Below are positions 23,412-24,000 of a stretch of DNA of 24,000 bases, in pieces. Numbering within the stretch: the first letter of the stretch is position 1; the number at the start of each line of letters is the position of its first letter. The DNA is from Candidatus Wolframiiraptor gerlachensis (GTDB lineage: Archaea > Thermoproteota > Nitrososphaeria_A > Caldarchaeales > Wolframiiraptoraceae), in NCBI GenBank assembly GCA_021323375.2, contig JAJPCT020000025.1, forward strand, positions 1 to 24,000, given 5' to 3'. A program made the position numbers and the translations under genes. Below the pieces are notes generated by a model. It saw only the letters and a program-made list of their open reading frames with translations. It was not told the DNA's origin and did no database searches.

Positions 23412-24000
23412 TTGCCATCACTCATAAGCTATGTCAGAGACATATTCGGGAAGCTTGATGAAAACCATTTCAAGGTTCTAAGGGTGATAGAGCAGAACCT
23501 CGCGAGATACGAGATCGTCCCGAGGGAGGTGATATACAGCGAGACCGGGCTGGGCGAGAGGGCTGAGAAGCTCCTGAAAAAGCTAAACGAATACAAGCTC
23601 ATCTGGGCGCCGATGGGGTATGAGAAGGGATTCTGCATAAACTATTATGGCCTAGATATGCTTGCATTGAAAGCGCTTGTCGACAGGAATATCATCACGA
23701 GCCTTGGGAGGCCTCTCGGGGTCGGGAAGGAGGCCGATGTCTATGACGCCCTAGCCCCAGATGGTAAAAGACTTGTAGTTAAGTTCTTCAGGATAGGGAG
23801 GACTAGCTTCAGGAAATATGAGAGGCATAGGACGAGCCTAGTTACGGCTCCAAGCCATCTAGCCGCTTCCATAAAATCCGCTAGAATGGAGTATAGGGCC
23901 TTGAGAATGCTCCACCCGGCGGGGATCAAGGTCCCGAAGCCCGTCGCGAGGAATAGGCATGTGATCGTGACCGAGTTCTTTCAGGGGATAGAGCTCGCGA
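23412..24000 (+). CDS. rio2: Rio2-type serine protein kinase / ribosome-biogenesis ATPase, 3'-truncated by the window end
   Basis: TTG 23412 follows AGGTGA, which overlaps the ileS stop. The translation LPSLISYVRDIFGKLDENHFKVLRVIEQNLARYEIVPREVIYSETGL... is an N-terminal winged helix. It is followed by RIO-domain motifs LGVGKEADVYDA, LVVKFFRIGRTSFRK and VIVTEF. The ORF is absent from the track because there is no stop in the window. An in-frame TTG at 23367 is an alternative start. Confidence 0.85.
   Translation, partial: MPSLISYVRDIFGKLDENHFKVLRVIEQNLARYEIVPREVIYSETGLGERAEKLLKKLNEYKLIWAPMGYEKGFCINYYGLDMLALKALVDRNIITSLGRPLGVGKEADVYDALAPDGKRLVVKFFRIGRTSFRKYERHRTSLVTAPSHLAASIKSARMEYRALRMLHPAGIKVPKPVARNRHVIVTEFFQGIELA

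Noticed and set aside
1-24000. A search by eye for CRISPR arrays, IS elements or transposases, integrases, restriction-modification genes, toxin-antitoxin pairs or other defence genes
   Set aside because: I saw no regularly spaced direct repeats and no long terminal inverted repeats flanking genes. No ORF has transposase, integrase, nuclease-helicase or methyltransferase motifs I can recognise. The window looks like core chromosome rather than an accessory island.

Overview
This is an archaeal chromosomal segment. Supporting signs are A/T-rich TATA-like boxes about 28-34 nt upstream of several start codons, a Sec11-type signal peptidase, Pus10, Rio2, an ATP-dependent DNA ligase, and thermophile-like R/E/K/I-rich proteins. 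FtsZ-based division argues against Sulfolobales-, Desulfurococcales- or Thermoproteales-type crenarchaea; a deep-branching FtsZ-containing lineage is possible, but I cannot place it without a search. I support 21 protein-coding genes and one tRNA-Ala(UGC). One CDS is a 48-aa ORF missing from the supplied track, one is a 5' gene fragment at the left edge, and one is a 3'-truncated gene at the right edge. Most content is housekeeping: SRP54, MetRS, IleRS, DNA ligase, Pus10, FtsZ, Rio2, signal peptidase, a PfkB kinase and two transporters. I saw no CRISPR array, transposase, integrase, toxin-antitoxin pair or recognisable defence gene, so I do not claim a new system. The leads worth a second look are: (1) a ribbon-helix-helix micro-ORF whose stop overlaps the ftsZ start, resembling cdrS-ftsZ; (2) a 904-aa multi-domain envelope protein in an operon with a signal peptidase; (3) an uncharacterised coiled-coil/(PA)n-linker protein coupled to DNA ligase by an ATGA overlap; (4) a pure G/C hairpin block exactly where argH homology breaks at the window edge; (5) a small membrane protein / compact HDAC-like / DUF1893 unit; (6) an Nramp-like transporter lacking the canonical metal-binding motifs. 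All family assignments come from motifs I recognise by eye; no database search was run. Several track ORFs appear 5'-over-extended, and I give the preferred starts.
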